Origin: Desulfobacterales bacterium
GTDB lineage: Bacteria; Desulfobacterota; Desulfobacteria; Desulfobacterales; UBA5852
DNA length: 64,000 nucleotides
Reading direction: 5' to 3'
Assembly: GCA_963674755.2 (NCBI GenBank)
Contig: CAXXVS010000003.1
Span: forward strand, 2,176,001 to 2,240,000
The notes beneath the pieces were generated by a model. That model had not been told where the DNA came from. It did no database searches and was given only the letters and a program-made list of their open reading frames with translations. The position numbers and the translations under genes are program-made. Shown here piece by piece: positions 39,902 to 49,885 of this stretch (position 1 is the stretch's first letter; each line of letters opens with the position of its first letter).

Positions 39902-41674
39902 ATGCCGCATCACGACCCCAGTCGTCTACCAGCACTGCCGTCTTTCTGGGCCGCCGTGCTGGACGCCTCTTACAACGGCATTATTGCCATCGACTGTGAA
40001 GGCACCATCGCCCTTTACAACAAAGCCGCCCGGCGCATTTTCGGGGAGGGTCACGCCGCCTATGTTGGCCGCCATATTTCCGATATCCGTCCCGGTGTCT
40101 GGCCGGACATGCAGCGTATCATGCAAAGCGGGAAACCGAGCATCGGCGTGAAGCTCGATCTGGGCGACACCACCATCATCGCCAACCGCAGCCCCATTTT
40201 CGTGGACGGTCGAGTTCAGGGGCTGATCTCGGTTTTTCAGGATATTTCCGAATACGAGACGATCACGAGCGAACTCCAGAGCTTTCAGCGTCTGAACAGC
40301 GAGCTGGAGGCCATCATCGAATCCTCCTACGACGGTCTTTACATCACCGACGGCAGCGCCAACACGATTCGAGTCAACCATTCCTATGAACGGATCACGG
40401 GGCTAAAGCGGCCGCAGCTCATCGGCCGCAACATGAACGATCTCGTGCGAGAAAGGATTTTCGATCATTCCGTTACCCTGGAGGTACTTCAGAAGCAGCA
40501 GCAGGTGACCATCCTGCAGCAGATCAAGGGGGACAAGCAGGTCATGGTTACCGGGACGCCTATTTACGACCATAACGGCGAGATCTCCTTTGTGGTGACC
40601 AATGTCCGGGACATTACCGAGTTGAACGAACTGCGGAGCAAGCTTGAAACCAGCGAACGCATCACCTCGCGTTATTACCAGACCCTCAAAGAGCACGACG
40701 GCATCGAACATGCCTTGCAGGACATGGTGATCAAGAGCCGCCCCATGATGCAGGTGGTCCGGCAAGCCACCAAAGTGGCCGATTCGGATACCTCGGTGCT
40801 GCTGCTGGGCGAGTCCGGTGTGGGCAAAAGCATGCTGGCGCGCTTGATCCACCAGATCAGCCATCGCAAGGACCGCCCTTTTGTCAAGATCAACTGCGGG
40901 ACGATTCCCAGCTCCTTGATGGAAAGCGAGCTGTTTGGTTATGAGAAGGGCGCCTTTACCGGGGCCGTCACCGCAGGTAAGGCCGGTCTGATTGAGGCCG
41001 GACACAGCGGCACGGTTTTTCTGGACGAAATCACCGAAATCCGGCCGGACCTGCAGGTCAAGCTGCTGGAAATCATCGAGGAGAAAACCTTCACCCGGGT
41101 GGGCGGCAAACACCCCCAAAAGGTGGATGTCCGCATCCTGGCCGCCACCAACCGCGACCTGCAGGAGATGATGCGCCAGGGACAATTCCGACAGGATCTC
41201 TATTATCGTCTCAACGTGATCCCCATCGCCATCCCGCCCTTACGGGACCGCCAAGAGGATATCCCGGCCCTGGCACTGAATGTCCTTGAGACCTTCAACC
41301 GCAAGCACCGCAGCAGCAAACGCCTGGGGCCCAAGGTTATCGATGCCCTCAAGCACTATCATTATCCTGGTAATGTGCGCGAGCTGATCAATATCATGGA
41401 GCGCATGATGCTCTTGAGCGAAGGCGACCAACTGACCCTGGAGGATCTGCCCGAAGAAATCCATCCCCAAACCTGCGGCTGGCAGGATCTCGACACGGAC
41501 GGCTTGACCCTCAAAGAGTCGGTCCAAGCCCTCGAAGCCCAGATGATCCGCCGTGCTTTGGAAGAGAGCAGCTCCCTGACCGAGGCGGCAGTTCGTCTGC
41601 AGGTTCACCCCACCACCCTGTGGCGTAAGATGAACCGTTACGCCATTTCTGCCGAAAATGCAAAATTGCAATAG
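39902..41674 (+). CDS. PAS-PAS sigma-54-dependent transcriptional activator
   Basis: Two PAS domains, GESGVGKS, GAFTGA, C-terminal HTH (LQVHPTTLWRK). Confidence 0.95.
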   Translation: MPHHDPSRLPALPSFWAAVLDASYNGIIAIDCEGTIALYNKAARRIFGEGHAAYVGRHISDIRPGVWPDMQRIMQSGKPSIGVKLDLGDTTIIANRSPIFVDGRVQGLISVFQDISEYETITSELQSFQRLNSELEAIIESSYDGLYITDGSANTIRVNHSYERITGLKRPQLIGRNMNDLVRERIFDHSVTLEVLQKQQQVTILQQIKGDKQVMVTGTPIYDHNGEISFVVTNVRDITELNELRSKLETSERITSRYYQTLKEHDGIEHALQDMVIKSRPMMQVVRQATKVADSDTSVLLLGESGVGKSMLARLIHQISHRKDRPFVKINCGTIPSSLMESELFGYEKGAFTGAVTAGKAGLIEAGHSGTVFLDEITEIRPDLQVKLLEIIEEKTFTRVGGKHPQKVDVRILAATNRDLQEMMRQGQFRQDLYYRLNVIPIAIPPLRDRQEDIPALALNVLETFNRKHRSSKRLGPKVIDALKHYHYPGNVRELINIMERMMLLSEGDQLTLEDLPEEIHPQTCGWQDLDTDGLTLKESVQALEAQMIRRALEESSSLTEAAVRLQVHPTTLWRKMNRYAISAENAKLQ

Positions 41675-41770
41675 ATTTGCATTATTGCATTAAAGACAGT
41701 ATTTATTTAATAATCAATATGTTAAAATTATTTTTGCTTGTTGCAGGTAAAAGGTTATTGCAGTATTGCA
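41659..41770. promoter_or_regulatory. Three TGCA-N4-TGCA palindromes (candidate activator binding sites)
   Basis: TGCAAAATTGCA at 41659, TGCATTATTGCA at 41678, TGCAGTATTGCA at 41759. Confidence 0.65.
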
Positions 41771-41852
41771 GTTATTAAGACTGAATCATCTTCACTTTAT
41801 TTATTTGACTATATCAATTGATATCATGGGGTTGGAGCGTTTTTATACCCCA

Positions 41853-41868
41853 TGGCACATCGGTTGCA
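41853..41868 (+). promoter_or_regulatory. Sigma-54 (-24/-12) promoter
   Basis: TGGCACATCGGTTGCA, a near-consensus match. Confidence 0.9.
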
Positions 41869-41964
41869 AGAATGGACGGTTCGGCAGGCGACCGCCTCAC
41901 TGGCCGGCAGAGGGGCGGATCGTCCCGGAATGTTTGGTCCAACCGAAAAAAAGAGGAGAGGAAA

Positions 41965-43221
41965 ATGCGCAACAAACGGCTGCTCGTATGTCTGACCATC
42001 GCTTTTCTGGCCTTTATCGTCGTGCCTTTCTGCGCCAGCGCCGAGGACAAAACCATCCGGATCGGCGCCATGTATCCCATGACCGGCCGGGCAGGACTCT
42101 ACGGCAAGGATTCCGTAGCCGCGGCCGAAATGGCCATCGATGAAATCAACAGTAAGGGCGGGGTTGCGGGGTATAAGATCGATGCGACCTTTACCGACAG
42201 CAAGGCCAAACCGGCCTATGCCGTACGGGTGGCCAAACGCTACATTAGCGAAGAAAACGTTCATTTCCTTTTCGGTGTCGTCAGCTCCGGCGTGGGCTTG
42301 GCCGTGACCGAGATTTCCCACCAGTACAAAAAAATCTTCATCGGAACCGACCATGCCTCCACGCGGCTCACCGTAGACAACTTCCAGCCCTATTATTTCC
42401 GCGTTTCCAACAACACGTTCCAGTCCATGGCGGCCGGTGCACTCTACCTCAAGGAACTGGCCCAGTCCAAACCCTGGAAGACCATCGCCTTTATCGGTCC
42501 GGACTACGCATACGGCCACAGCCAGTGGGACGAAATCCGCTATAACCTCGACCGCTTCGGCGTCCCGTATAAGGTCGTGGGGGAATACTGGCCCAAAGTT
42601 TTCGCGCCGGACTATACGTCTTACATTACGGCCATTCTCAACGACAAGCCAGATGTCCTGGTGGCCGGTTTCTGGGGGGGCGACACCGTGGCCTTTATCA
42701 AGCAGGCCCAGGCCTACGGTCTTTTCCAGAGGATGCTTTACTTCCATCCGGATGCCGGCGGCAACTACGAACTCATGAGCGCCATGGGTGCGGAGCTGCC
42801 GGACGGCCTGGTCCTGGGTGCGCGTCACTACGACAACTGGCCTGAAACAGACCTCAACCGCAATTTTGTTGAGGAATTTCACAAACGCACCGGACGGTTT
42901 CCGACCTATGCCGCGGAAGGGGCCTACGCCGGAATTTACGCTATTGCCCAGGCGGTCGAGGCCGTGGGCAACCCGGACGATACCGAAGCCCTGGTGAAAG
43001 CCCTGGAAAGCCTCAAGATCAAACTCCCCGAAGACCCGGAAGGCTTTACCTCCTACATGCGTCCCGAAACCCACCAGATCACCCAGGTCATGGCCATCGG
43101 CACCACTGTTCCCAATAGCGACTATCCACCGGCCAAGAAGATGCTTGGCAATTGGAAGGTTTATAACGCAGAAGAGCTGGTCCCCCCCGTCGAATACCTG
43201 AAAGAGAAACGCCAAAAGTAG
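41965..43221 (+). CDS. LIV/HAAT-type ABC transporter substrate-binding protein
   Basis: Signal peptide; IRIGAMYPMTG, EINSKGGV, PDYAYG. Confidence 0.92.
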   Translation: MRNKRLLVCLTIAFLAFIVVPFCASAEDKTIRIGAMYPMTGRAGLYGKDSVAAAEMAIDEINSKGGVAGYKIDATFTDSKAKPAYAVRVAKRYISEENVHFLFGVVSSGVGLAVTEISHQYKKIFIGTDHASTRLTVDNFQPYYFRVSNNTFQSMAAGALYLKELAQSKPWKTIAFIGPDYAYGHSQWDEIRYNLDRFGVPYKVVGEYWPKVFAPDYTSYITAILNDKPDVLVAGFWGGDTVAFIKQAQAYGLFQRMLYFHPDAGGNYELMSAMGAELPDGLVLGARHYDNWPETDLNRNFVEEFHKRTGRFPTYAAEGAYAGIYAIAQAVEAVGNPDDTEALVKALESLKIKLPEDPEGFTSYMRPETHQITQVMAIGTTVPNSDYPPAKKMLGNWKVYNAEELVPPVEYLKEKRQK

Positions 43222-43284
43222 TCACCCGTCCGGCGGGCGGGGTTTTCCCCTCCCGCCGCATCCTCACCTCTGCGGAGCAGATCA

Positions 43285-44172
43285 ATGGATTTCTCGTTTT
43301 TTATCACCCAGACCATCAGCGGTCTGACCATGGCTACCCTTCTGTTTCTGGTGGCCAGCGGGCTCACCCTGATCTTCGGGGTCGGCAATGTCTTCAATTT
43401 CGCTCATGGGTCCTTCTACATGATCGGTGCTTACTTCGGCTATCAACTGGTGGCCGTGTGGGAGATCAACTTCTGGCTGGCCCTGGTGCTGGCCGGAATC
43501 GGAGCCGGGCTGGTGGGCATGCTGGCCGAAGCCCTGTTTCTGCGCCGCATCTATGGACGGCCCAACGAGGGCGGATTCCAAATCCTGCTGACCTATTGTT
43601 TTATCCTCATCATCGATGATGTGGTCAAACTGGTTTGGGGCACCGAATACAAATCGCTTCCGCGTCCCCACGGGTTCACCGGTGCTGTCAATTTCGGCGA
43701 TATCTTTTTGCCGGCTTACAACCTGTTGATTATCGGGGTCGGTGTCGTGGTCGTCGTCGCGGCCTGGTGGATTCTGGCCCGCACCCGGCCCGGCAAGATT
43801 GCGCGGGCCGCGGCGGTGGATCGGGAAATGGTCGATACTCTGGGGGTCAACGTACCCCTGACCATGACCTTGGTGTTCGGCATCGCCACCGGCCTGGGCG
43901 GCATGACCGGTGCCCTGGCCGCCCCCCTGCGTACCGTTACCCCCGGGGCCGGTATCGAAGTCATCATCGACTCCCTGATCGTGGTAGTGCTCGGTGGGAT
44001 GGGGAATTTCTGGGGGGCCTGGCTGGGTGCCATCCTGATCGGAGAAGTCAACGCCTTCGCTGTGGCCTTCCTGCCCAAATGGGCCAGCCTCTTCAGTTTT
44101 CTCGTAATGGTCATCGTGCTGATTTTTAAACCCGAGGGACTGTTCGCCCCCCGACAGGTGAGGAAGGTATGA
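43285..44172 (+). CDS. LivH-like ABC permease
   Basis: GLTLIFG...NFAHGSFYM; VVVLGGMG. Confidence 0.93.
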   Translation: MDFSFFITQTISGLTMATLLFLVASGLTLIFGVGNVFNFAHGSFYMIGAYFGYQLVAVWEINFWLALVLAGIGAGLVGMLAEALFLRRIYGRPNEGGFQILLTYCFILIIDDVVKLVWGTEYKSLPRPHGFTGAVNFGDIFLPAYNLLIIGVGVVVVVAAWWILARTRPGKIARAAAVDREMVDTLGVNVPLTMTLVFGIATGLGGMTGALAAPLRTVTPGAGIEVIIDSLIVVVLGGMGNFWGAWLGAILIGEVNAFAVAFLPKWASLFSFLVMVIVLIFKPEGLFAPRQVRKV

Positions 44173-45137
44173 CCATGAAAATCAGTCGCACGAACACGGC
44201 CGCGGCCCTCTGGTGTTTGATGATCATCGGGTTCGCCTTGGTACCCGTCCTGATGACGTCGACCTACCAGCTCAACCTGGCCTGCCATGTGCTTATCTGG
44301 GGGCTGTTTGCGGTGGCCTTCAACATGCTCTGGGGTGTCACCGGCATGCTCTCCTTTGGCCAGGCCCTCTATTACGGGCTAGGGGCCTATTTTGTCGGGC
44401 TGATGGTGGAATACCTGGGCCGCGCCTGGTATCTGCCGGCCATCGGCATCGGGATTCTGGCGGCGGCGCTGACCGCGTTTCTGCTGGGGCTCATCGTCAT
44501 CCGGGTGGGCGGTGTCTATTTTACCATGCTGACCCTGGCTTTCGGTCAGCTGGCCTGGCAGATCATGTTCAAGTGGTACGAGTTTACCGGTGGCGATGAT
44601 GGCATTCAGGGGATCATTCCCCCCGGTATTCTGGCCAATCCCATTGTCTACTACTATGGTCTGCTGGTGCTGGTGATGATTTCCATCTGGATGCTCAAAC
44701 GCATGGCCTACAGCCCCTTCGGACTCATCCTGCGCTGTGTGCGGCAGAACCCTGAGCGGGTGCGCTTCTTGGGTCGCCGGGTGCGACGCAACCAGCTGCG
44801 GGTCTACATCATCTCGTCCCTGTTTGCCGCCCTGGCCGGTAGCCTGATGGCCGGGGTCGACAATTCGATTCACACGGACATGTTCTTCTGGACCACATCG
44901 GGGGAAGTGATCCTCATGTCCGTGTTGGGAGGATTGAACCAATTTTTCGGCCCCTTCGTCGGAGCGGCGGTCATCATCATGATCGAGGACATTGTCGGGG
45001 CTTGGACCGAATACTGGTCCCTGATTATCGGCACGGTCATTTTGGTCATGGTGATCGCTTTTCCCAAAGGACTGGTGGGCGAATTGCACCAGCTCAAATT
45101 ACGGCTGACGCAGCTGAGGGCACGGAGGTCGCAATGA
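44169..45137 (+). CDS. LivM-like ABC permease
   Basis: GMLSFGQ, YFTMLTLAF, FTGGDDG, SPFG. Confidence 0.93.
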   Translation: MTMKISRTNTAAALWCLMIIGFALVPVLMTSTYQLNLACHVLIWGLFAVAFNMLWGVTGMLSFGQALYYGLGAYFVGLMVEYLGRAWYLPAIGIGILAAALTAFLLGLIVIRVGGVYFTMLTLAFGQLAWQIMFKWYEFTGGDDGIQGIIPPGILANPIVYYYGLLVLVMISIWMLKRMAYSPFGLILRCVRQNPERVRFLGRRVRRNQLRVYIISSLFAALAGSLMAGVDNSIHTDMFFWTTSGEVILMSVLGGLNQFFGPFVGAAVIIMIEDIVGAWTEYWSLIIGTVILVMVIAFPKGLVGELHQLKLRLTQLRARRSQ

Positions 45138-45886
45138 ACCCTATCCTGCAACTGGAGTCGGTGCACAAAGCCTTTGGCGGCCTGCAGGTCACCCAAAACG
45201 TCAGCTTTGCCGTCATGCCCGGGGAGATCTCGGCCATCATCGGGCCCAACGGCGCCGGCAAAACCACCCTCTTCAACCAGATCACCGGCCATCTGAAGCC
45301 CGAACGGGGGCGTATCCTGTTCAAGGGGCATGACGTGGTGGGGGATTCCCCCCAGAAAATCGTGTCCCGGGGCATGGGGCGCGCTTTTCAGATCGCGTCG
45401 CTTTTCCCGGACGAAACCGTGCTGGACAATATCAAGGTCGCCTGCCTGTCCAAGCTGGATCAGACCCGGCGCTTTTTCCGTCCGGTTCGCTATTTCCGGC
45501 AGGCCACGGAACGCTCCTACGCCATCCTGGAAGATCTCGGACTTGCGCAGCACGCCGGGCGCCTGGCTTTCGAGCTGTCCCACGGCGACCAAAAGCTGCT
45601 GGACATCGGCATCGCGCTCGTCCTGGAGCCGCAGTTGCTGCTGCTGGACGAACCCACGGCCGGGATGTCGCCCGAAGAGCGCCATCGCACGCGGGACATG
45701 ATCAAGAAGCTCTGGAAAGCCTATGATCTGACGCTGGTGTTCATCGAGCACGATATGGACATGGTGTTCGGCATTGCCCAGAAAGTGCGTGTGTTACAGC
45801 AAGGGGCGCTTCTGGCCGAAGGCACACCCGATGAAATCCGCAGCAACAAGGCGGTCGTCAGCGCTTACCTGGGGGAGGAGCTGTAA
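45134..45886 (+). CDS. LivG-like ABC ATPase
   Basis: GPNGAGKTT, LSHG, LDEPTAG, EHDMD, AYLG. Confidence 0.94.
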   Translation: MNPILQLESVHKAFGGLQVTQNVSFAVMPGEISAIIGPNGAGKTTLFNQITGHLKPERGRILFKGHDVVGDSPQKIVSRGMGRAFQIASLFPDETVLDNIKVACLSKLDQTRRFFRPVRYFRQATERSYAILEDLGLAQHAGRLAFELSHGDQKLLDIGIALVLEPQLLLLDEPTAGMSPEERHRTRDMIKKLWKAYDLTLVFIEHDMDMVFGIAQKVRVLQQGALLAEGTPDEIRSNKAVVSAYLGEEL

Positions 45887-46590
45887 TGGGAACCGTACTG
45901 GAAGCCACCGGTCTGAATACCTTTTACGATCGCAGCCATATCCTCTTCGATGTGGGCCTCAACATCGCTTCCGGTGAGACCGTGTGTTTAATGGGGCGCA
46001 ACGGGGTGGGCAAGACCACGACCTTTCGCTCCCTTATGGGGCTCACCCCTCCCAAGAGCGGCCAGGTCGTCTTCAAGGGGCAGGACTGTACCGGTTATCC
46101 CGCCTATCGTATGGCTCGGCTGGGCTTGGGATTCGTGCCGGAGGACCGCCGTGTGCTGGCGCCCTTTACCGTGGAGGAGAACCTGGAACTGGGCCGTATC
46201 CCCGGCCGTGACGGGCAGTGGCATCTGGCCTCCGTATACCGGCAATTTCCGCTCCTGGCGGACATGACCCATCGCATGGGGGGTACCCTGTCCGGCGGCG
46301 AGCAGCAGATGCTGACCATCGCCCGGGCGCTCATGGGAAACCCGGACCTGCTGGTGCTGGACGAGCCCTCGGAAGGGCTCTCACCGGTCATCGTCGGTGA
46401 GCTGAAGGGCTTGATCATGGCCCTGAAAGCGGCCGATACCACCATTCTGCTTTCCGAGCAGAACCTGAAGTTCGCCTTGGCCGTTTCCAACCGGGTGGTG
46501 GTGCTCGACAAGGGTCATGTGGTCTACGAAGGCACCACCGACGCGTTTCAAAAGGAAGAACGGGTTCACAAAAAATACCTGGCGGTCTGA
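45886..46590 (+). CDS. LivF-like ABC ATPase
   Basis: GRNGVGKTT, LSGGEQQML, LDEPSEGL. Confidence 0.94.
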   Translation: MGTVLEATGLNTFYDRSHILFDVGLNIASGETVCLMGRNGVGKTTTFRSLMGLTPPKSGQVVFKGQDCTGYPAYRMARLGLGFVPEDRRVLAPFTVEENLELGRIPGRDGQWHLASVYRQFPLLADMTHRMGGTLSGGEQQMLTIARALMGNPDLLVLDEPSEGLSPVIVGELKGLIMALKAADTTILLSEQNLKFALAVSNRVVVLDKGHVVYEGTTDAFQKEERVHKKYLAV

Positions 46591-46689
46591 AGACTGCTCC
46601 GGCGTTGGTTCCCAGGGTCCCTGCAGCGACGGGGAATTTCCAAATAGCGGGCACGGACGGCGGAAACAATCCATACGAGGGAGGCATCG

Positions 46690-47847
46690 ATGAATCTGAT
46701 CCGTACTTTTCAAACCGCGCCCCGCATCGTGGTGGGACCGGGTTGTCTGTCCCAAATCGTTTCCGAAGCCCAACGGCTCGGCGGCACCCGCATCATGGTG
46801 GTTACCGATCCCGGGTTGGTGGCGGCCGGCATCGCGGAGCGCCTGGAAACATTGCTCGATGCGGGCGGCTTGCCCTTTTGCCGCTTCGACCAGGTCGAGT
46901 CCGATCCGCGGCTTGAAATTGCCACGGCAGCGGCCGATATGATCCGCAAAGAGCAGGCCGATCTGGTGATCGGGATCGGCGGGGGTTCGGCCATCGACAT
47001 TGCCAAAATCGCCGCGCTCCTGGCGGCCAACGATGGCGATCTCTCCGCCTATTTCGGCATCGATCTGATTCCCCGAGCGGGTATCAAAACCATCATCGTA
47101 CCCACCACCGCCGGGACTGGCAGCGAGGTGACGCCGATTGTCATCCTCTCGGACCTTGAAGAAAAACTCAAAAAGGGGGTCGTTAGCCCATACCTTATCC
47201 CGTCCCTGGCCCTGCTCGACCCGGAGCTGACCGCCGGCCTGCCTCCCCAGGTCACCGCGGCCACCGGTATGGATGCCCTGATCCATGCCGTGGAAGCCTT
47301 TACCTCGAAGAATGCCTACCACATGACCGACATGCTGGCGCGTGAGGCCATCCGGCTGATCATGGCCAATATTCGTACCGCCTTTGCCAACGGGGCAGAC
47401 CTGACCGCCCGCAGCAACATGCTGGTGGGAAGTCTCCTGGCCGGCATGGCTTTTGCCAACGCCGGGGTTACGGCGGTACACGCCTTTGCCTATCCCATCG
47501 GTGCCGAGTACCATATCCCCCATGGTGTGGCCAACAGCATCATGCTGGCCGCGGTCATGGAGTTCAATATGCTCGGTAATCTGAACAAGTTTGCTGAACT
47601 GGCCGCTCTTTTCGGCGAAATCACCCGTGGGAAGACCACCCGCCAGCAGGCCCAGGCCGCGGTGGAGGCCCTGAAGACCCTTGCCCGGGATTTGCAAATC
47701 CCTGCCCATCTGAGAGATTTCGGGGTCAAAGAGGAGGACCTGCCGATGCTGGCGGCCGGCGTCATGAAGGTTACCCGCCTGCTGGCCAACAACCCGCGTG
47801 CCATGACCCAGGCCGATGCCGAGGCCATCTATCGGCGCATGCTTTAA
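46690..47847 (+). CDS. Iron-containing alcohol dehydrogenase
   Basis: GGGSAID, PTTAGTGSE, DALIHAVE, HAFA...HG.AN. Confidence 0.95.
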   Translation: MNLIRTFQTAPRIVVGPGCLSQIVSEAQRLGGTRIMVVTDPGLVAAGIAERLETLLDAGGLPFCRFDQVESDPRLEIATAAADMIRKEQADLVIGIGGGSAIDIAKIAALLAANDGDLSAYFGIDLIPRAGIKTIIVPTTAGTGSEVTPIVILSDLEEKLKKGVVSPYLIPSLALLDPELTAGLPPQVTAATGMDALIHAVEAFTSKNAYHMTDMLAREAIRLIMANIRTAFANGADLTARSNMLVGSLLAGMAFANAGVTAVHAFAYPIGAEYHIPHGVANSIMLAAVMEFNMLGNLNKFAELAALFGEITRGKTTRQQAQAAVEALKTLARDLQIPAHLRDFGVKEEDLPMLAAGVMKVTRLLANNPRAMTQADAEAIYRRML

Positions 47848-47883
47848 ACCGGCCGACGCAAGGCTCAAAAGGATAGTTCCTCC

Positions 47884-49701
47884 ATGCACGGTTTTTACAA
47901 CATGATCCTCAGGATCAATCTTTCCCAGGAATCCTATGCCCTGCAAATGATTCCGGATGATGTCCTGGCGGCCAAAATGGGCGGCAAAGGCTTGGCCGCC
48001 CATCTGTTGTTGCGTGACAATCCACCCGGTGTGGATCCCCTGGGCCCGGACAATCGTTTGGTATTTGCCCTGGGACCGGTTTCCGGAAGCCCGGTATGGG
48101 GGACCTGCCGCCACGGCATTTTTACCAAGTCCCCCCAGACCGGCTTCTTCGCGGAATCCTATTCCGGCGGCAAAGCGGCCGAACGCATGGCAGCCACCGG
48201 TTACGACGCGGTGGTCATCCGGGGCGCGGCGGAGCACCCGGTCTGGCTGGAGATATCCGAAGAGGCGGTCTGCTTCCATTCAGCGGAAGATCTCTGGGGG
48301 CAGGACACCTATCGCACCGAAGATGCGGTCAAGGCCTGGATCAAAGCCCATCGCCCCCAGGCCGGTCCTTGCGGCGTCGTGGTTATCGGGCCGGCCGGGG
48401 AGCAGCAGGTCTGTTTCGCCGTGGTGGAAAACGATTACTGGCGCAGTGCCGGCCGCACCGGCATCGGGGCGGTTATGGGGGCCAAGAACATCAAGGCCAT
48501 TGCCTTTCACGGGCGCCGCAGGAAGACATTCGCCGATCCCGGACGGTTGAAGGATTTCGCCCGCCGCCTCGCTGCTCTCGGCAAAGAAGACGCCGGTGTG
48601 CAGGCTTACAAAAGCAAAGGGACCCCCATGTTGGTGGATATCATGAACAACGCCGGCGGGTTCCCCACGCGCTACTGGCAGAAGGGCCGCTTCGAAGGGG
48701 CGGAACGGATCAACGCGGCGGCCCTGCACGAACGCTGCGATGTCAAGCCCAATGCCTGCCTGAAATGCTTCATGGCCTGCGGCCGGCTCTCCACCGTGAA
48801 AACCGGACCCCATACGGGACTTACCGTGGAAGGGCCTGAATACGAAACCCTCTATGCCTTTGGCGGGCTTTGCGAAATCGACAGCATTGAGGAGATCATC
48901 TACCTGAACGACCTTTGTGACCGCATGGGCCTCGATACGATGACGGCCGGCAACCTGGCGGGGCTCACCATCGAGGCCGTCCGCCAGAAGCGTATCGACT
49001 ATCCCATCGATTACGGCCAGCCGGCCGCCGTCGCGCGCCTCATCGAAGACATCGTGGCCCGCCGCGGGATTGGCGACACTCTTGCCCGGGGAATCCGTTT
49101 TGCTTCGCAGGAATGGGGCATGGCCGACCAGGCCGTTCATGTCAAGGGCCTGGAGCCGGCTGGTTACGATCCGCGGGTACTCAAGGGCATGGGGCTGGCT
49201 TACGGTTCCTCCGATCGGGGCGCCTGCCACCTGCGGGCCACCTTTTACAAGCCCGAGCTGGCCGGCATGGTGGACGCGGACACCATCGAGGGCAAAGCCG
49301 CGGTGTTCGCGGAATGGGAGGATCGCCTGACTCTTTTCGACACCTTTATTGTGTGCCGTTTCTATCGCGATCTCTACCAGTGGGAGCAACTGGCCGATAT
49401 CCTGCGCGGCGCCACAGGCCTGGATCTGGCTACAGCCGGCTTACGGGCCATTGCCGCCGCAGTGAGCGACGACACCCGCCGCTTCAACCTGCGCGAGGGG
49501 CTTACCCCCGAAGATGACCAACTCCCGCGCCGTTTCCATACGGAAGCACTGCCCGAAAGCGGCAAGGTCATCACCCGGGAGCAGATGGACACCATGCTGA
49601 AGGAATACTACCGTGCCCGGGGATGGAACGCCGAAGGGAATCCGCCGTCACCCCCACGGCCGGCACCTGATCCGGAAGACAAGGGTCGCAATAGCGGTTG
49701 A
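47884..49701 (+). CDS. Aldehyde:ferredoxin oxidoreductase (tungstopterin AOR family)
   Basis: GGKG, KSPQTG, AGRTGIGAVMG.KN.KAI, CLKCFMACG, GPEYET, RGACHLRA, VCRF. Confidence 0.93.
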   Translation: MHGFYNMILRINLSQESYALQMIPDDVLAAKMGGKGLAAHLLLRDNPPGVDPLGPDNRLVFALGPVSGSPVWGTCRHGIFTKSPQTGFFAESYSGGKAAERMAATGYDAVVIRGAAEHPVWLEISEEAVCFHSAEDLWGQDTYRTEDAVKAWIKAHRPQAGPCGVVVIGPAGEQQVCFAVVENDYWRSAGRTGIGAVMGAKNIKAIAFHGRRRKTFADPGRLKDFARRLAALGKEDAGVQAYKSKGTPMLVDIMNNAGGFPTRYWQKGRFEGAERINAAALHERCDVKPNACLKCFMACGRLSTVKTGPHTGLTVEGPEYETLYAFGGLCEIDSIEEIIYLNDLCDRMGLDTMTAGNLAGLTIEAVRQKRIDYPIDYGQPAAVARLIEDIVARRGIGDTLARGIRFASQEWGMADQAVHVKGLEPAGYDPRVLKGMGLAYGSSDRGACHLRATFYKPELAGMVDADTIEGKAAVFAEWEDRLTLFDTFIVCRFYRDLYQWEQLADILRGATGLDLATAGLRAIAAAVSDDTRRFNLREGLTPEDDQLPRRFHTEALPESGKVITREQMDTMLKEYYRARGWNAEGNPPSPPRPAPDPEDKGRNSG

Positions 49702-49885
49702 CCGAATGAAACCCGAAATAGTAGTGGTAGACTCCCAATTGGCTGATCAGCATCGGGATTATATTCAAGGGCGACCGGTCATTGGAAGGGCATACCTTTT
49801 CGCCTGTCGGGACTTCCCAAACAATCTACGATGGAAGGTGTTATGGCCATAGGGCAACGACCATCCATTGACCGCAGGAGGAAGC

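Noticed and set aside
49702..49885. Moco/Wco riboswitch or ModE box before the Mop gene
   Set aside because: Only a weak GATGG/CCATC pairing; I could not match the motif by eye. An Infernal search would settle it.
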